The notes beneath the pieces are model-generated. The model searched no databases and had not been told where the DNA came from. It saw only the letters and a program-made list of their open reading frames with translations. A stretch of 63,956 nt of DNA, the filler included, from Vicugna vicugna (Eukaryota): NCBI GenBank assembly GCA_013265495.1. It is 78 parts of 75 records of this genome, joined end to end, with 100 filler letters (N's around TTAATTAATTAA, not from the genome) between each part and the next. Parts side by side here need not be neighbours in the genome. Positions count along the whole stretch, not along the records: positions 1 to 1,028 come from MU057433.1; positions 1,129 to 2,346 come from MU057434.1; positions 2,447 to 2,883 come from PNXW01000294.1; positions 2,984 to 3,663 come from MU057436.1; positions 3,764 to 4,256 come from PNXW01000300.1; positions 4,357 to 5,099 come from MU057437.1; positions 5,200 to 6,058 come from PNXW01000303.1; positions 6,159 to 7,078 come from PNXW01000308.1; 70 more parts are not named here. One strand, written 5' to 3'. The position numbers were made by a program, and so were the translations under genes. Positions 1-11,843 of this stretch are shown one piece after another. Positions within the stretch are counted from its first letter, which is position 1; every line of letters starts with the position of its first letter.

Positions 1-1028
1 GACCTGAAAAAAGCCATCTGATTCTTCTTCTACTTCTAGTCTTAATAATTTCAACTCTCCAATTTTATGTTTGCTTATATAGTTAAGAAGATATTTACAG
101 TATTCTTGTATGATGATTATTTATCATCTCTAAATGTTTTTTCTTTTGACCTATCCTTTCTGCTTCTTTGAGCTACATTGGATGACATTATCTACCCACA
201 TGTGCACAATAATTTTCCCATGAAAATAAAGCTTCTTAGAGAAAATCTATTGTTGCTTGGGTTGACTTTACAGCACTTCAGATCCAATTATTTATTTAGG
301 CCATTAAGTGTTTGAAAAAGAAAGACTTAGATTTGAAACCCAAATTGGTCACTGACTGGATTCAAGAAATTGGAGAAAATTATTTCCTATCTCTCTCAGC
401 TTTGATTTCCATACGTACAAAATTGGAATTAAAACATTTGCTCACTTAATCCCACAGATAGGTGTAAGAAGAACATGAAATGCAATTTCAGAAAGAACTT
501 ATTAAATTACAATGAAACGTGAAGCATATTCCCTTAATGATAAGGAATTAAAAGTTCGTACATTGACATATCTGATTTCTCATGCATTGGAAATTTCTAA
601 ATGGGAGTAAACCTGTTANNNNNNNNNNNNNNNNNNNNNNNNNNNNNNNNNNNNNNNNNNNNNNNNNNNNNNNNNNNNNNNNNNNNNNNNNNNNNNNNNN
701 NNNNNNNNNNNNNNNNNNNNNNNNNNNNNNNNNNNNNNNNNNNNNNNNNNNNNNNNNNNNNNNNNNNNNNNNNNNNNNNNNNNNNNNNNNNNNNNNNNNN
801 NNNNNNNNNNNNNNNNNNNNNNNNNNNNNNNNNNNNNNNNNNNATAGGAAGGCACAACTGGAAATCAAACTATTTTCACAATTTGGAAAATTTATGCACA
901 ATTCTCAAATCACGAAAAATCTTACAGTAAAAAGTCATGACTATAAATCTTAAAAAAAGTAATCTTGTGGGTTTCTAGACTTTATATTATAATGCCTTTC
1001 TAGGAAATCATTAGTACATATCACTAAA

Positions 1029-1128
1029 NNNNNNNNNNNNNNNNNNNNNNNNNNNNNNNNNNNNNNNNNNNNTTAATTAATTAANNNNNNNNNNNNNNNN
1101 NNNNNNNNNNNNNNNNNNNNNNNNNNNN
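1029..1128. other. Artificial scaffold-joining linker N44-TTAATTAATTAA-N44; first of about 77 copies (last core at ~63842)
   Basis: Identical 100-bp structure recurs every 0.3-1.5 kb. The palindromic 12-mer gives stop codons in all six frames. Flanking sequences are unrelated or switch strand. Confidence 0.98.
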
Positions 1129-2346
1129 GGATGAAAGATCAGTAATCCACATGCTCTCAACTCAGGAAAGCATATTTGTCGAATCTGTCATGCATGTAGC
1201 ATGTACAAAACACTGAATATCATTTAGATGGAATCTATTCAAATTATATATCTCTAGGGTAGNNNNNNNNNNNNNNNNNNNNNNNNNNNNNNNNNNNNNN
1301 NNNNNNNNNNNNNNNNNNNNNNNNNNNNNNNNNNNNNNNNNNNNNNNNNNNNNNNNNNNNNNNNNNNNNNNNNNNNNNNNNNNNNNNNNNNNNNNNNNNN
1401 NNNNNNNNNNNNNNNNNNNNNNNNNNNNNNNNNNNNNNNNNNNNNNNNNNNNNNNNNNNNNNNNNNNNNNNNNNNNNNNNNNNNNNNNNNNNNNNNNNNN
1501 NNNNNNNNNNNNNNNNNNNNNNNNNNNNNNNNNNNNNNNNNNNNNNNNNNNNNNNNNNNNNNNNNNNNNNNNNNNNNNNNNNNNNNNNNNNNNNNNNNNN
1601 NNNNNNNNNNNNNNNNNNNNNNNNNNNNNNNNNNNNNNNNNNNNNNNNNNNNNNNNNNNNNNNNNNNNNNNNNNNNNNNNNNNNNNNNNNNNNNNNNNNN
1701 NNNNNNNNNNNNNNNNNNNNNNNNNNNNNNNNNNNNNNNNNNNNNNNNNNNNNNNNNNNNNNNNNNNNNNNNNNNNNNNNNNNNNNNNNNNNNNNNNNNN
1801 NNNNNNNNNNNNNNNNNNNNNNNNNNNNNNNNNNNNNNNNNNNNNNNNNNNNNNNNNNNTTGAAAGATCAATAATCCACATGCTCTCAACCCAGGAATGC
1901 ATGTTTGTCGAATCCGTCATGCATGTAGCATGTACGGATCATGGAATATCATGTTGATGGAATCTATTCAAATTACGTATGTCTAGGGTAGAATTCACAC
2001 AAAGAGGGTTTTTCTGGGATGAAAGTGTGATTCTTGAAACTGGTGATAGGAAGAATCTATGAAGTCAAGGTAAATATTCCAAAGTGCATAAGTAAATTTT
2101 TATGGTTGAAACATCAGTCGTGCGCATGTTCACAACTCAGATGCATGTTTGTGGAATCCGTGTTTCATGACAAATGTTCAGCATAAGTAATGCCATGGTT
2201 ATGTAAACAATATAAAATATATATGTATTGGAGATAATTCGCTGAAAGAGGGTTTTCTCGTACCAAATGTCCGATATTAGAACCTGGTGATAGAAAAATA
2301 CCATGAAGTCAGAGTAAATATTTCAAAGTGTATATATGCCTTGTTT
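1129..2346 (+). repeat. Satellite family C (AT-rich, ~247-bp subunits, ~740-bp HOR)
   Basis: TGAAAGATCARTAATCCACATGCTCTCAAC at 1132 and 1861; matches 14168-15144. Confidence 0.92.
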
Positions 2347-3109
2347 NNNNNNNNNNNNNNNNNNNNNNNNNNNNNNNNNNNNNNNNNNNNTTAATTAATT
2401 AANNNNNNNNNNNNNNNNNNNNNNNNNNNNNNNNNNNNNNNNNNNNTCATCTTTTTATTTTCTAATTTTTTGGAATATTTGTTTTGTTAGCCCATCACCC
2501 ACTGGAGATTGATACCTGTTAAAATCCTTGCTTTGAGGAACCTGTTTGGTCCTCCTTATATTTGGTGACAAATGCGCCCTTATTAAATTTGTTTGAATGT
2601 TTTGAAAAAGTGAAATGCGAATTGGTTTAGGCAGCTGCTGAGGAATTCTTTTCATGAAGTATTTAAACTTGGAAAGTCAAAGTCTGCAGGATCTTGCTGT
2701 ATTCCTGCATGCTTTTACACAAACGTGCTCGGCACGTGGTTCCTGGCTGTCGCTGTGTGACGTGCGTGACGGAGCTTCCTTGCCGGCGGTCACTGGTGAG
2801 AAAGTGGCAGGCTCGGGGGTGAGCAGCTGTAGGGGACGCTGTTGGAGGAATCAGTCATCATTTTGTTATTTAATGTTTTTTTTNNNNNNNNNNNNNNNNN
2901 NNNNNNNNNNNNNNNNNNNNNNNNNNNTTAATTAATTAANNNNNNNNNNNNNNNNNNNNNNNNNNNNNNNNNNNNNNNNNNNNACGTTTACACTTGAAGT
3001 TTTCTAAAGACTGTAATGTACTGGAATTTAAGTGCCTAAAAGGTAGTCTCTGTTATGACTTGGTTTTAAAACTGGTGTAGAAATGACCTCAGCTGCAGGA
3101 GGAGCTTAC

Positions 3110-3335
3110 CAGAGTCAGTCATCATGATTGCCACTTTCTCATATATGGCGCTCAGTGTCACGATGATGATAAAACTGATGAGGGAAGCAGTCATGGGCGT
3201 GGCCCATCTGCACAGTCATGTACTTCTGGATTGGGTCTCTTCCATTCAGTTTTTTTGGAAATTTTGCTGAAAATACAATAAACACTGAAAGTCTGTAGAC
3301 AGAGATCCCAATAACTGAAGCAATGGTAGCAGGAC
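3110..3335 (-). pseudogene. ANO6: Disrupted copy of an anoctamin-6 (TMEM16F) coding exon
   Basis: Translates (two frames) as IASVIGISVYRLSVFIVFSAKFPKKLNGRDPIQKYMTVQM / ATPMTASLISFIIIVTLSAIYEKVAIMMTDS. This matches recalled ANO6 IASVIGIIVYRLSVFIVFSAKLPKNINGTDPIQKYLTPQTATSITASIISFIIIMILNTIYEKVAIMITNF. GTAAG donor at 3109-3105; +1 indel near 3204; -1 indel near 3325; acceptor reads CAT instead of CAG. Confidence 0.88.
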
Positions 3336-4356
3336 ATGACAACCCAAAAACCCAGCAGCATGAGACTCATTAATGATTGCATTTACACAGAAAACTTGCC
3401 CCAAACCCACGCTTAAACAGACAAAATGCATNNNNNNNNNNNNNNNNNNNNNNNNNNNNNNNNNNNNNNNNNNNNNNNNNNNNNNNNNNNNGTGAATATC
3501 AGGCACGTTAAACTTTAGGGGAGGAGGAATGAAGGATGTCAAAAAGAATGAGGGCATCCACTAATGTAACATGCTGACAGCAGTAGCAGCTGTGTGCAGG
3601 GCATAGGGAATACATGGCAACTCCACTTTCTGTGAATTTTTCTGTAAACCTAAAACTGCACTANNNNNNNNNNNNNNNNNNNNNNNNNNNNNNNNNNNNN
3701 NNNNNNNTTAATTAATTAANNNNNNNNNNNNNNNNNNNNNNNNNNNNNNNNNNNNNNNNNNNNCTTTTTGGTTTTATCCTTGATATTATTCTTAGAAATA
3801 CGTTCTTACAATGGTATAAATCTCTTCTATAGGTTTTTTTAATCTGTAAGTTGGAGATGATAATAGTACTTGTTATAGTGAGGGGAAGTTGAATTAATAT
3901 GAACAAAGATTTTTATTTGCTTTTATTAGTACTTTCTGATACTTATATCACTAACTGTAATATTTCTTGTGGTCATTATGACAGGAATAGAATTTGTTTT
4001 TTCCAGGTGATTCTCTGATTGTCCCAAGACAATTTTTGAATTCATAATTTGCTCTTTGATTTGAAATCCCACCTGTAAAAAATACTTATGCATACTACAG
4101 TCTCTTTTTGAGCTCATGGTTTATTTCTGTCAATCTTACTTTCTTACTCCAGTTTTATAAGCTATATCTTACATAATGTAAAAATTTATTTAATATTTGA
4201 CAGTGCGATTTTTTTTTTTATTCTTTTTTCCATCCCTAATTTTCTTGGCTAGCATTNNNNNNNNNNNNNNNNNNNNNNNNNNNNNNNNNNNNNNNNNNNN
4301 TTAATTAATTAANNNNNNNNNNNNNNNNNNNNNNNNNNNNNNNNNNNNNNNNNNNN

Positions 4357-5099
4357 ATAAATGTTTCCTTAGTCCGGGTGGCAAGGGAAAGGATACGGGT
4401 TCGGCTTTGAGGACAAGTAGCAGCGAGTGATCCCCTGAAAGAATGACGAAGAACTTAGAGGACTTGTCCCTAACCGGGAACACCTGTGCCCCCATTCATC
4501 TGCGTGGACTGGGGCTTCACTACTTCCCCACACACAAGGCTGTGTTCCGGAATCCTGAGAGTGGGGAAGTTCTTNNNNNNNNNNNNNNNNNNNNNNNNNN
4601 NNNNNNNNNNNNNNNNNNNNNNNNNNNNNNNNNNNNNNNNNNNNNNNNNNNNNNNNNNNNNNNNNNNNNNNNNNNNNNNNNNNNNNNNNNNNNNNNNNNN
4701 NNNNNNNNNNNNNNNNNNNNNNNNNNNNNNNNNNNNNNNNNNNNNNNNNNNNNNNNNNNNNNNNNNNNNNNNNNNNNNNNNNNNNNNNNNNNNNNNNNNN
4801 NNNNNNNNNNNNNNNNNNNNNNNNNNNNNNNNNNNNNNNNNNNNNGACAGCAGCGCCTGGATTAAACTAGAATCCCTTAGCATGTCTTCCCTGATGGTTT
4901 GCCTAGGCCAGAATGCGGGGGAAAGTAGGGGTTGTGCTCTAAATCCTAGTATTATCGAGTGCCTCTGCATGGGAAGTGGAGTTGTTTAACCAAAAACCCC
5001 CAAACTGGGAATGCCTGTGGCCCATGAAATATGCATGAACTCTATTTCCCCACATCCAGCAGACACACGGAAAAGTGTTCTGTTATTTTGAGTGTGGGG
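4357..5099 (-). repeat. Satellite family B (multi-subunit HOR, ~265-bp units)
   Basis: Reverse complement of subunits seen in 33374-34178 (GACAGCAGCGCCTGG, CTGAGAGTGGGGAAGTTC, AACACCTGTGCCCC). Confidence 0.88.
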
Positions 5100-5199
5100 N
5101 NNNNNNNNNNNNNNNNNNNNNNNNNNNNNNNNNNNNNNNNNNNTTAATTAATTAANNNNNNNNNNNNNNNNNNNNNNNNNNNNNNNNNNNNNNNNNNNN

Positions 5200-6058
5200 C
5201 CCTCTAAGTTCTAGTAGATGGCACAATGTCCACTCTCACCACTTCTATTAAATCTAGGAAGTCAAATTTATAGAATTTTAGAAATAAAAAATAATAAAAT
5301 GAACCAAATCATAAAGGAGGGAATTGTCTGTATGCAAAGGGAATAATCCTATATAGAAAATATATATATATGTATATAGAACCACCAAAGACCCTAAATC
5401 CTTAAAGCAATTCTGCGCAAGAACAACAAAGATGGGGGGATCGCATCTCCTGATTTCAGATTGTATTCAAAGCCATCTTCCTCAAAACACGATTTGACTA
5501 GCACCAAAACGGGCAAGGCGACTCACAGAACAGACCAGAAAGCTCAGAAATATGCCCAAGAATAGACAGTCACCTAACTCTGACAAGGGTATCATGAACG
5601 CACAACGGGGAACCAATATTCTTTTCAATACATTTCATTGGCTGAAGGGGATATACACGTGCAAGAAAGTTGAACCTTACTTACACCACACACAATAATC
5701 AAGCCAAAATGGATTAGAGACTTAAACATCACAACTGAAAGTACGAAACCTCTTGAAGGAAACGTGCAAAAAGCACACTGACCTTGGATGCCTCAGGTGG
5801 GCCCTGGAACCCAGGACCGCGTGGTCTGCCCAGCCAGGCTGGGTCCAGCCCGGGTTGCTGTGCGCTGTGCTCTGGGTCAGCGGGGACCCGGCCTCAGCCT
5901 CCCTGCGCAGCTGCCACTGGGAAGCACTCTGGCCCAGGTCAGCCGGCGGCCAACGCTGTCAAGCCCAGGGCCCAAGGGCCCCCCAAATCCCGGTAACAGA
6001 AAATGTAAAAAAAATCTTCCGATCAATGTCAGAAGATCACAAAGACCCAACAGTCCAG
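5200..6058 (+). mobile_element. Degenerate LINE-1 ORF2 fragments interrupted by a GC-rich segment (~5790-5995)
   Basis: L1 ORF2-like motifs CCACTCTCACCACTTCTATT, AAAGCAATTCTGCGCAAGAACAACAAAG, CCTGATTTCAGATTGTATT, CAAAATGGATTAGAGACTTAAACAT. Confidence 0.8.
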
Positions 6059-6158
6059 NNNNNNNNNNNNNNNNNNNNNNNNNNNNNNNNNNNNNNNNNN
6101 NNTTAATTAATTAANNNNNNNNNNNNNNNNNNNNNNNNNNNNNNNNNNNNNNNNNNNN

Positions 6159-7078
6159 GTTTTAATGTGCATTGTATTGATGGTTATTCAAGTTGAAGTC
6201 TTTCTTTTTTTTTGATACTTGTTGTCTGCATTTCTCCCTTGGAGCATATCCTTTGGAGAATTTTTGGAGAAGAATAAAACGTGCCTTCTACCTTCTCTGA
6301 CACTTTTTAAGCTTTTTCTCCTGTTTTGTAACGTCTGTGTATGAAGTGTATTAACTCTATGCCTGTGGCAATGCTTTTCAAACATTTTTTGTTGATTAAC
6401 TTTTAATTCACTTTTAGTGTTTTATTACATGGAGAAGTGTTTAATGTTTACATATTCAGATTTACTGTTTTTCTTTCATGACTTCTTTGTTTTAACCCCC
6501 TTTGGACAGCTTATTATAGTATAAAATCTACTAAATCTTCATAATTTGCTCTTCTAGAAATCTTCACAATTTGCTCTTCTAGATCTTTTTTGGGTTTTAA
6601 TTATTTCAACAGTTAATACTTCTTATCAATGTATTCATTACACAAGTTTTAAGTGAATACACTCTTATTTAAGAAGTTTTAAGAAATAACAATCTCAAGA
6701 AAATACGAGTTTCACCTTTCTTCCCCATCCATTTTATTTCCTTTCCCAAAATTTCAAACAAAGTTAATATGTGATGTATATCATAAGTGTGTTTTTAAGT
6801 ATCTGTAAATACACATGTCCACACATATATACACAAATACACATTTATGTGAGTTATATTATATGCATTCTTTCTTGCCTTTCTTTTTGATTTGATAGCA
6901 GTCTGAGATGTATTTCTTTATCAAGAAATAACTTCCATTATTTTTAACAGCTGCATAGTATTCTAAGATGTAATATAAATTATTCAGCTATTCCCACATT
7001 GAAGGACATTATCACTTGCATTTGATTTTCTTAAAAAATTTTTTTGTAATGAACACTGTTTTGAAAACATTTTTGCAC
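6159..7078 (-). mobile_element. Ancient LINE-1 (L1M-type) remnants
   Basis: T-rich sequence with TTTTTAACAGCTGCATAGTATTC...TATTCCCACATTGAAGGACATT, typical of antisense L1 3' regions. Confidence 0.55.
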
Positions 7079-7959
7079 NNNNNNNNNNNNNNNNNNNNNN
7101 NNNNNNNNNNNNNNNNNNNNNNTTAATTAATTAANNNNNNNNNNNNNNNNNNNNNNNNNNNNNNNNNNNNNNNNNNNNCCCACACTCGTGCAAGGCTTAG
7201 AAGGCCAGAAGATCACACGAGTGACCTGTGGGTCTTCACACATCATGGCATGGACGACGGTCAATGTGGCAACACCCTCTGTCTACGAGCCCATCCTCTA
7301 ACAGGCTGCGAGGGACCCCTTAGGTGCTTCCTATTTAGGTAACACAGATCTGTGTTTTATGACACCCTTCCGTACGCGGCACCAGCATCACAGATAGAAC
7401 ATATAACAGCACTCCCGGGTTAGAGGCTTTAGCACTGTGTGAGCTGCACGCTGAGCCAAAGCCACAGACTCTTCACGGTGCACTGTGCTGGGACAGATGT
7501 AAACTCGAGAAGGAGCTGGAATGCGGGCTCTTGTGTTATGATCAGGCCAGCTCTGGCCATGCTGTGTACATTGGCCAACAGAGGAGCCTTTATAATAAGC
7601 ACTTAGTGTAGGCACCGTGCTGAGCTGCGTGGCATTTTCAGCAGGTCTATTCAGGTATAATCAACACANNNNNNNNNNNNNNNNNNNNNNNNNNNNNNNN
7701 NNNNNNNNNNNNTTAATTAATTAANNNNNNNNNNNNNNNNNNNNNNNNNNNNNNNNNNNNNNNNNNNNAGTGGTGCTTGTTTCTTGGCTGGCCTGTCATT
7801 TCCGTAACAATAGCAGATTGGCCAGAACTCGTCGTGTAGTTCCCCAAGCAACCACAAGGGGGCCGGGAAGTGCGAACAGCCAGGTGTCCTGAAGGCAGAG
7901 AGCAGGAGGTAACTTGGGCACCAGCATATGAACTATCCAACGGCATATAAACTATATAG

Positions 7960-8343
7960 TTGAATGCGCTCTGGGTCTGAGGAACAGAGGCCCAACCTTA
8001 CAGAGCTGCAGCCCCTCATAAGCCCATTTCCAGACTTCAGACGCCCCTGACCAGCTTAAACAGCACACGTACACACTGTGCACGTTTTTCCTAGTCTTCT
8101 GCCGAGGAACCTGTGGGGATTTTGCCAGGTCACTGAGCCAGGTAAAGAGGAAATCCTCGGGGGGGGGAGTGTAGCTCAGTGGTAGAGCGTGTGCTTAGCA
8201 TACACGAGACCTGGGTTCAATCCCCAGTACTGCCATTAAAAATCAATCAATCAACCTAATTACCTCACCCCTCCAAAATAGAGGAAAACCGAAAACTCTC
8301 CAGTTACAATTGACACTGGCTCTGAGATAGAACTAATTCCTTG
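7960..8343 (+). mobile_element. ERV-L internal fragment (gag-pro junction) with degenerate protease active-site motif, interrupted by a SINE
   Basis: ATTGACACTGGCTCTGAGATAGAACTAATTCCT encodes IDTGSEIELIP, resembling the ERV-L protease motif LDTGSELTLIP. Upstream CCCCTCATAAGCCCATTTCCAGACTT resembles the ERV-L gag end. Confidence 0.6.
8159..8279 (+). mobile_element. tRNA-Ala-derived SINE (camelid Vic-1-like)
   Basis: GGGGGAGTGTAGCTCAGTGGTAGAGCGTGTGCTTAGCATACACGAGACCTGGGTTCAATCCCCAGTAC contains Pol III A and B boxes, followed by a non-tRNA tail (AATCAATCAACCTAATTACCTC). Flanked by an imperfect TSD, AGAGGAAATCC (8146) / AGAGGAAAACC (8280). Confidence 0.88.
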
Positions 8344-8519
8344 ATACTGTGAACGGAAAAATACTGCAAACCATTCAGTAAACAAAAAATGCTGAAGCCA
8401 TCAAGTCATCAGCGGCTACNNNNNNNNNNNNNNNNNNNNNNNNNNNNNNNNNNNNNNNNNNNNTTAATTAATTAANNNNNNNNNNNNNNNNNNNNNNNNN
8501 NNNNNNNNNNNNNNNNNNN

Positions 8520-8850
8520 ATAGAGGAGTAAGTTTTCCAAGATTTTTACTCAGATATTCTAGAATTGTATTCCATTTGCATTTGTTCTTAACTGAGTTAC
8601 TTGTACGACTAACTAATTCTACAGCTCCAGCCCCATTCACATAAGAGACAATCTGCATGGATTCTCCTACAGGGAGCAGTGTGCAACCTGTTGTCAGTTT
8701 GTTGTTTTTCTTATTAAAGTGTAGGGGTTTTTAAAAATAAGAATAGCCCTTTGTCATTTTTACACGTTACAAAATTTCCACTACTCTGTGGCTATTTTTT
8801 TCCGTCTCTTTTCGTTGCTTTAATGAAGTTCTCACTTTTAAGGTTTTTCA
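8520..8850 (-). mobile_element. Old LINE-1 ORF2 3' fragment
   Basis: AATAGCCCTTTGTCATTTTTACACGTTACAAAATTTCCACTACTCTGTGGCT resembles antisense L1 ORF2. Confidence 0.5.
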
Positions 8851-9661
8851 GTATAGTAATACGTGGATGCTGATCAGACGGGTGAGGCATTTAACTGCTG
8901 TCTAAACCTCAGTCTTTGCTTTGATTCACTATCTTCAATATCTGAACATATCTACTGAACCCCNNNNNNNNNNNNNNNNNNNNNNNNNNNNNNNNNNNNN
9001 NNNNNNNTTAATTAATTAANNNNNNNNNNNNNNNNNNNNNNNNNNNNNNNNNNNNNNNNNNNNGAAAAATGCATTTTATCTCTTTTTTCCGGGTTAGCAT
9101 TTAAAAAATTTTGTTTCATTTTCCACATTCTACCAGGAGGGAGCGAGGTGAGGCTGCCCTCTGGTCCCTGCACAGCTGCTCAGGGATGACCAAGCACTCC
9201 CAGGAACTGGGCCTGGGGGTCGGGCCTGTGCTCCTGATGGGGACTCAGCAGTCCTCCTACACGTGATTCGAACCAACTTCCTGTCCTTTTTTCACTGACA
9301 CCTGCACAGGGGCACCTGTGCATCAGTTAGTTTTTCTAGACTGTACTTCATGAAGAGGGGAGGGCACTGTAACATTTAATGGTTCCATACAGCTTTGCAC
9401 ATGGGCCAGGACTCCATTTGGAAATGTAAACGTAGGATGTGACTCAGCAGAAATGAACCACAGAATCAGGGAAGCCGACCATGGACCTGTGGATGGAGAC
9501 CAGGTGAGCTGCCCACCAGCTGGGCCCTCAGGTCTCTGGTCCTCGGTGACACTGTGCCCCGNNNNNNNNNNNNNNNNNNNNNNNNNNNNNNNNNNNNNNN
9601 NNNNNTTAATTAATTAANNNNNNNNNNNNNNNNNNNNNNNNNNNNNNNNNNNNNNNNNNNN

Positions 9662-10155
9662 GAGCAGTGGAGCAACCGGTACCAGGAGAGGGCGGGTGAC
9701 CAACCGTCTTCCTGTGAGGAACACAGCACCTGACCACTGTGCTGGGAGGGGCATGATCCACCCACCTGCCTCTCCGGAGCGCAGCATCTGACTGCGGAAT
9801 TGGGAGGGGGAGTGACCCGCCCACCCACCAGGTAATAATTCAGCTCCTGACCCAGTATTAGGAAGGGGCACAATCTGCTAGCGGACAGCCACTGGGAGCA
9901 GCACAGATGAGAGTGCCAATAGAGGGCCTCTGGAAACAGCAAGCTGAGTTCGCGAAACAGAGCAAAGACACAAAGACCTCCCGATAAAATCACTAAGAGC
10001 ACACCATCTCCAGGAGAACTAGATAACTGATACTCCTTAAGCCACAGTGCCAGACAGATATGAGCAATATGAAGAAGCAATCAAAAGATCAAGAGAAATC
10101 CCATGAAAGTATGATCAAGGAAATAGACATTGATGGCCTACTAGATCAAGATTTC
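9662..10155 (+). mobile_element. LINE-1 5' UTR end and ORF1 start (ATG at 10060)
   Basis: MSNMKKQSKDQEKSHESMIKEIDIDGLLDQDF resembles the laurasiatherian L1 ORF1p N-terminus and is preceded by a GC-richer UTR. Confidence 0.78.
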
Positions 10156-10255
10156 NNNNNNNNNNNNNNNNNNNNNNNNNNNNNNNNNNNNNNNNNNNNT
10201 TAATTAATTAANNNNNNNNNNNNNNNNNNNNNNNNNNNNNNNNNNNNNNNNNNNN

Positions 10256-10748
10256 ATCGCTTAACTTGTCTTCCCTGTTTGGTTGCCTGATACGTAGTGC
10301 TGGAGAAAGGGTGGCTTGGGCTCTTAATCAATGTAATAGCGAGTGCTTCTCCATGGGTTTTGGAGGTTATTAACCAAAAACCCACAACATGGGAATACCT
10401 GTGCTCCTTGAAACAGCGTGGACTATGTATCCCCACCAACAGAACACACATGAAGAAGTTTTCTGCTATCCTGAGTGTGGGCTGGCAATTTCAGGTGACA
10501 GAAGCGGCTGGGTTCTAATAGAATTCCTTAGCTTGTAATCCCTGAGTGTTTCCCTAGTACTGAATCTGAGAGAAACCTGGGGGTTGGGCTTTGAGGCCAA
10601 ATAGTAGCGAGTGTCCCCGATGGACTGAGGAAGTATTTAGATGAATTCTCCATAAAGGGAAACACCTGAGCACCCATTCATCTGCGTGGAGTGGGGCATT
10701 TTTGTTCCAGTATCCTGAGGGTGGAGTAGTTCCTCCAACTGACATCAG
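10256..10748 (-). repeat. Satellite family B
   Basis: Near-identical reverse complement of ~45280-45738. Confidence 0.9.
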
Positions 10749-10848
10749 NNNNNNNNNNNNNNNNNNNNNNNNNNNNNNNNNNNNNNNNNNNNTTAATTAA
10801 TTAANNNNNNNNNNNNNNNNNNNNNNNNNNNNNNNNNNNNNNNNNNNN

Positions 10849-11743
10849 CACACGCTGCCGACCGTTGGTGAAACCTCCCAAAGCTCAGGGTTCTGGAACC
10901 ATTGTAAGTGCTTGGGGGATCTCGATAGACAGCTCCACGAAACTCTCTTAAGTCACAGGTGTTCCCTGTCCAGGGAAGTCCGAGTAATGCCTTCCCAGGC
11001 CACGGGGGGCAGCCTCTGTCTCTGGGATTTCCTGCAAACACCCCTAGCATTCCCTGGCACAGAGACATTAGGAAAACCCTCAGGGGAGACCAGCTCAGGC
11101 ATTCCGTTGGAACCCATGCGCTGCCGACCGTTGGTGGAACCTCCCAAAGCTCAGGGTTCTGGAACCATTGTAAGTGCTTGGGGGATCTCGAGAGACACCT
11201 CCACGCAGCTCTCTTCATTCACAGGTGTTCCCTGTCCAGGGAAGTCCGAGTAATGCCTTCCCAGGCCACGGGGGGCAGCCTCTGTCCCTGGGATTTCCTG
11301 CAAACACCCCTAGCATTCCCTGGCACAGAGACATTAGGAAAACCCTCAGGGGAGACCAGCTCAGGCATTCCGTTGGAACCCACGCGCTGCCGACCGTTGG
11401 TGGAACCTCCCCCCTCTCAGGGTTCCAGAAATATTGTCAGTGCGTTGGGGAGCTCGAGAGACACCTCCACGAGGCTCTCTTAATCACAGGTGTTCCCTGT
11501 CCGGGGAAGTCCGACAAATAACTTCCCTGACCTTGGGGAGGCAGCCTCTGTCACTGGGATTTCCTGCAAACCCCCTAGCAGACATTAGGAAAATCCTCAG
11601 GGGAGTCCAGCTCAGGCATTCCGTTGGAACCCACGCGCTGCCAACCGTTGGTGGAACCTCCCCACGCTCAGGGATCTGGAACAATTGTCAGTGTGTGTGG
11701 GAGCTCGAGAGACAGCTCCACACAGCTCTCTTCAGTCACAGGT
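10849..11743 (+). repeat. Satellite family A (267-bp-type GC-rich monomer), about 3.4 tandem copies
   Basis: CACAGGTGTTCCCTGT at 10954, 11220 and 11485 (period 265-266). Confidence 0.96.
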
Positions 11744-11843
11744 NNNNNNNNNNNNNNNNNNNNNNNNNNNNNNNNNNNNNNNNNNNNTTAATTAATTAAN
11801 NNNNNNNNNNNNNNNNNNNNNNNNNNNNNNNNNNNNNNNNNNN

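Noticed and set aside
3118..3182. C/D box snoRNA-like pattern (ATGATT...TGATGA...CTGA) on the plus strand
   Set aside because: The C box is imperfect and the segment is fully explained as the antisense of the ANO6 exon copy.
8161..8235. tRNA-Ala gene
   Set aside because: It has substitutions and a deletion relative to tRNA-Ala, a SINE-type tail and a TSD, so it is a SINE.
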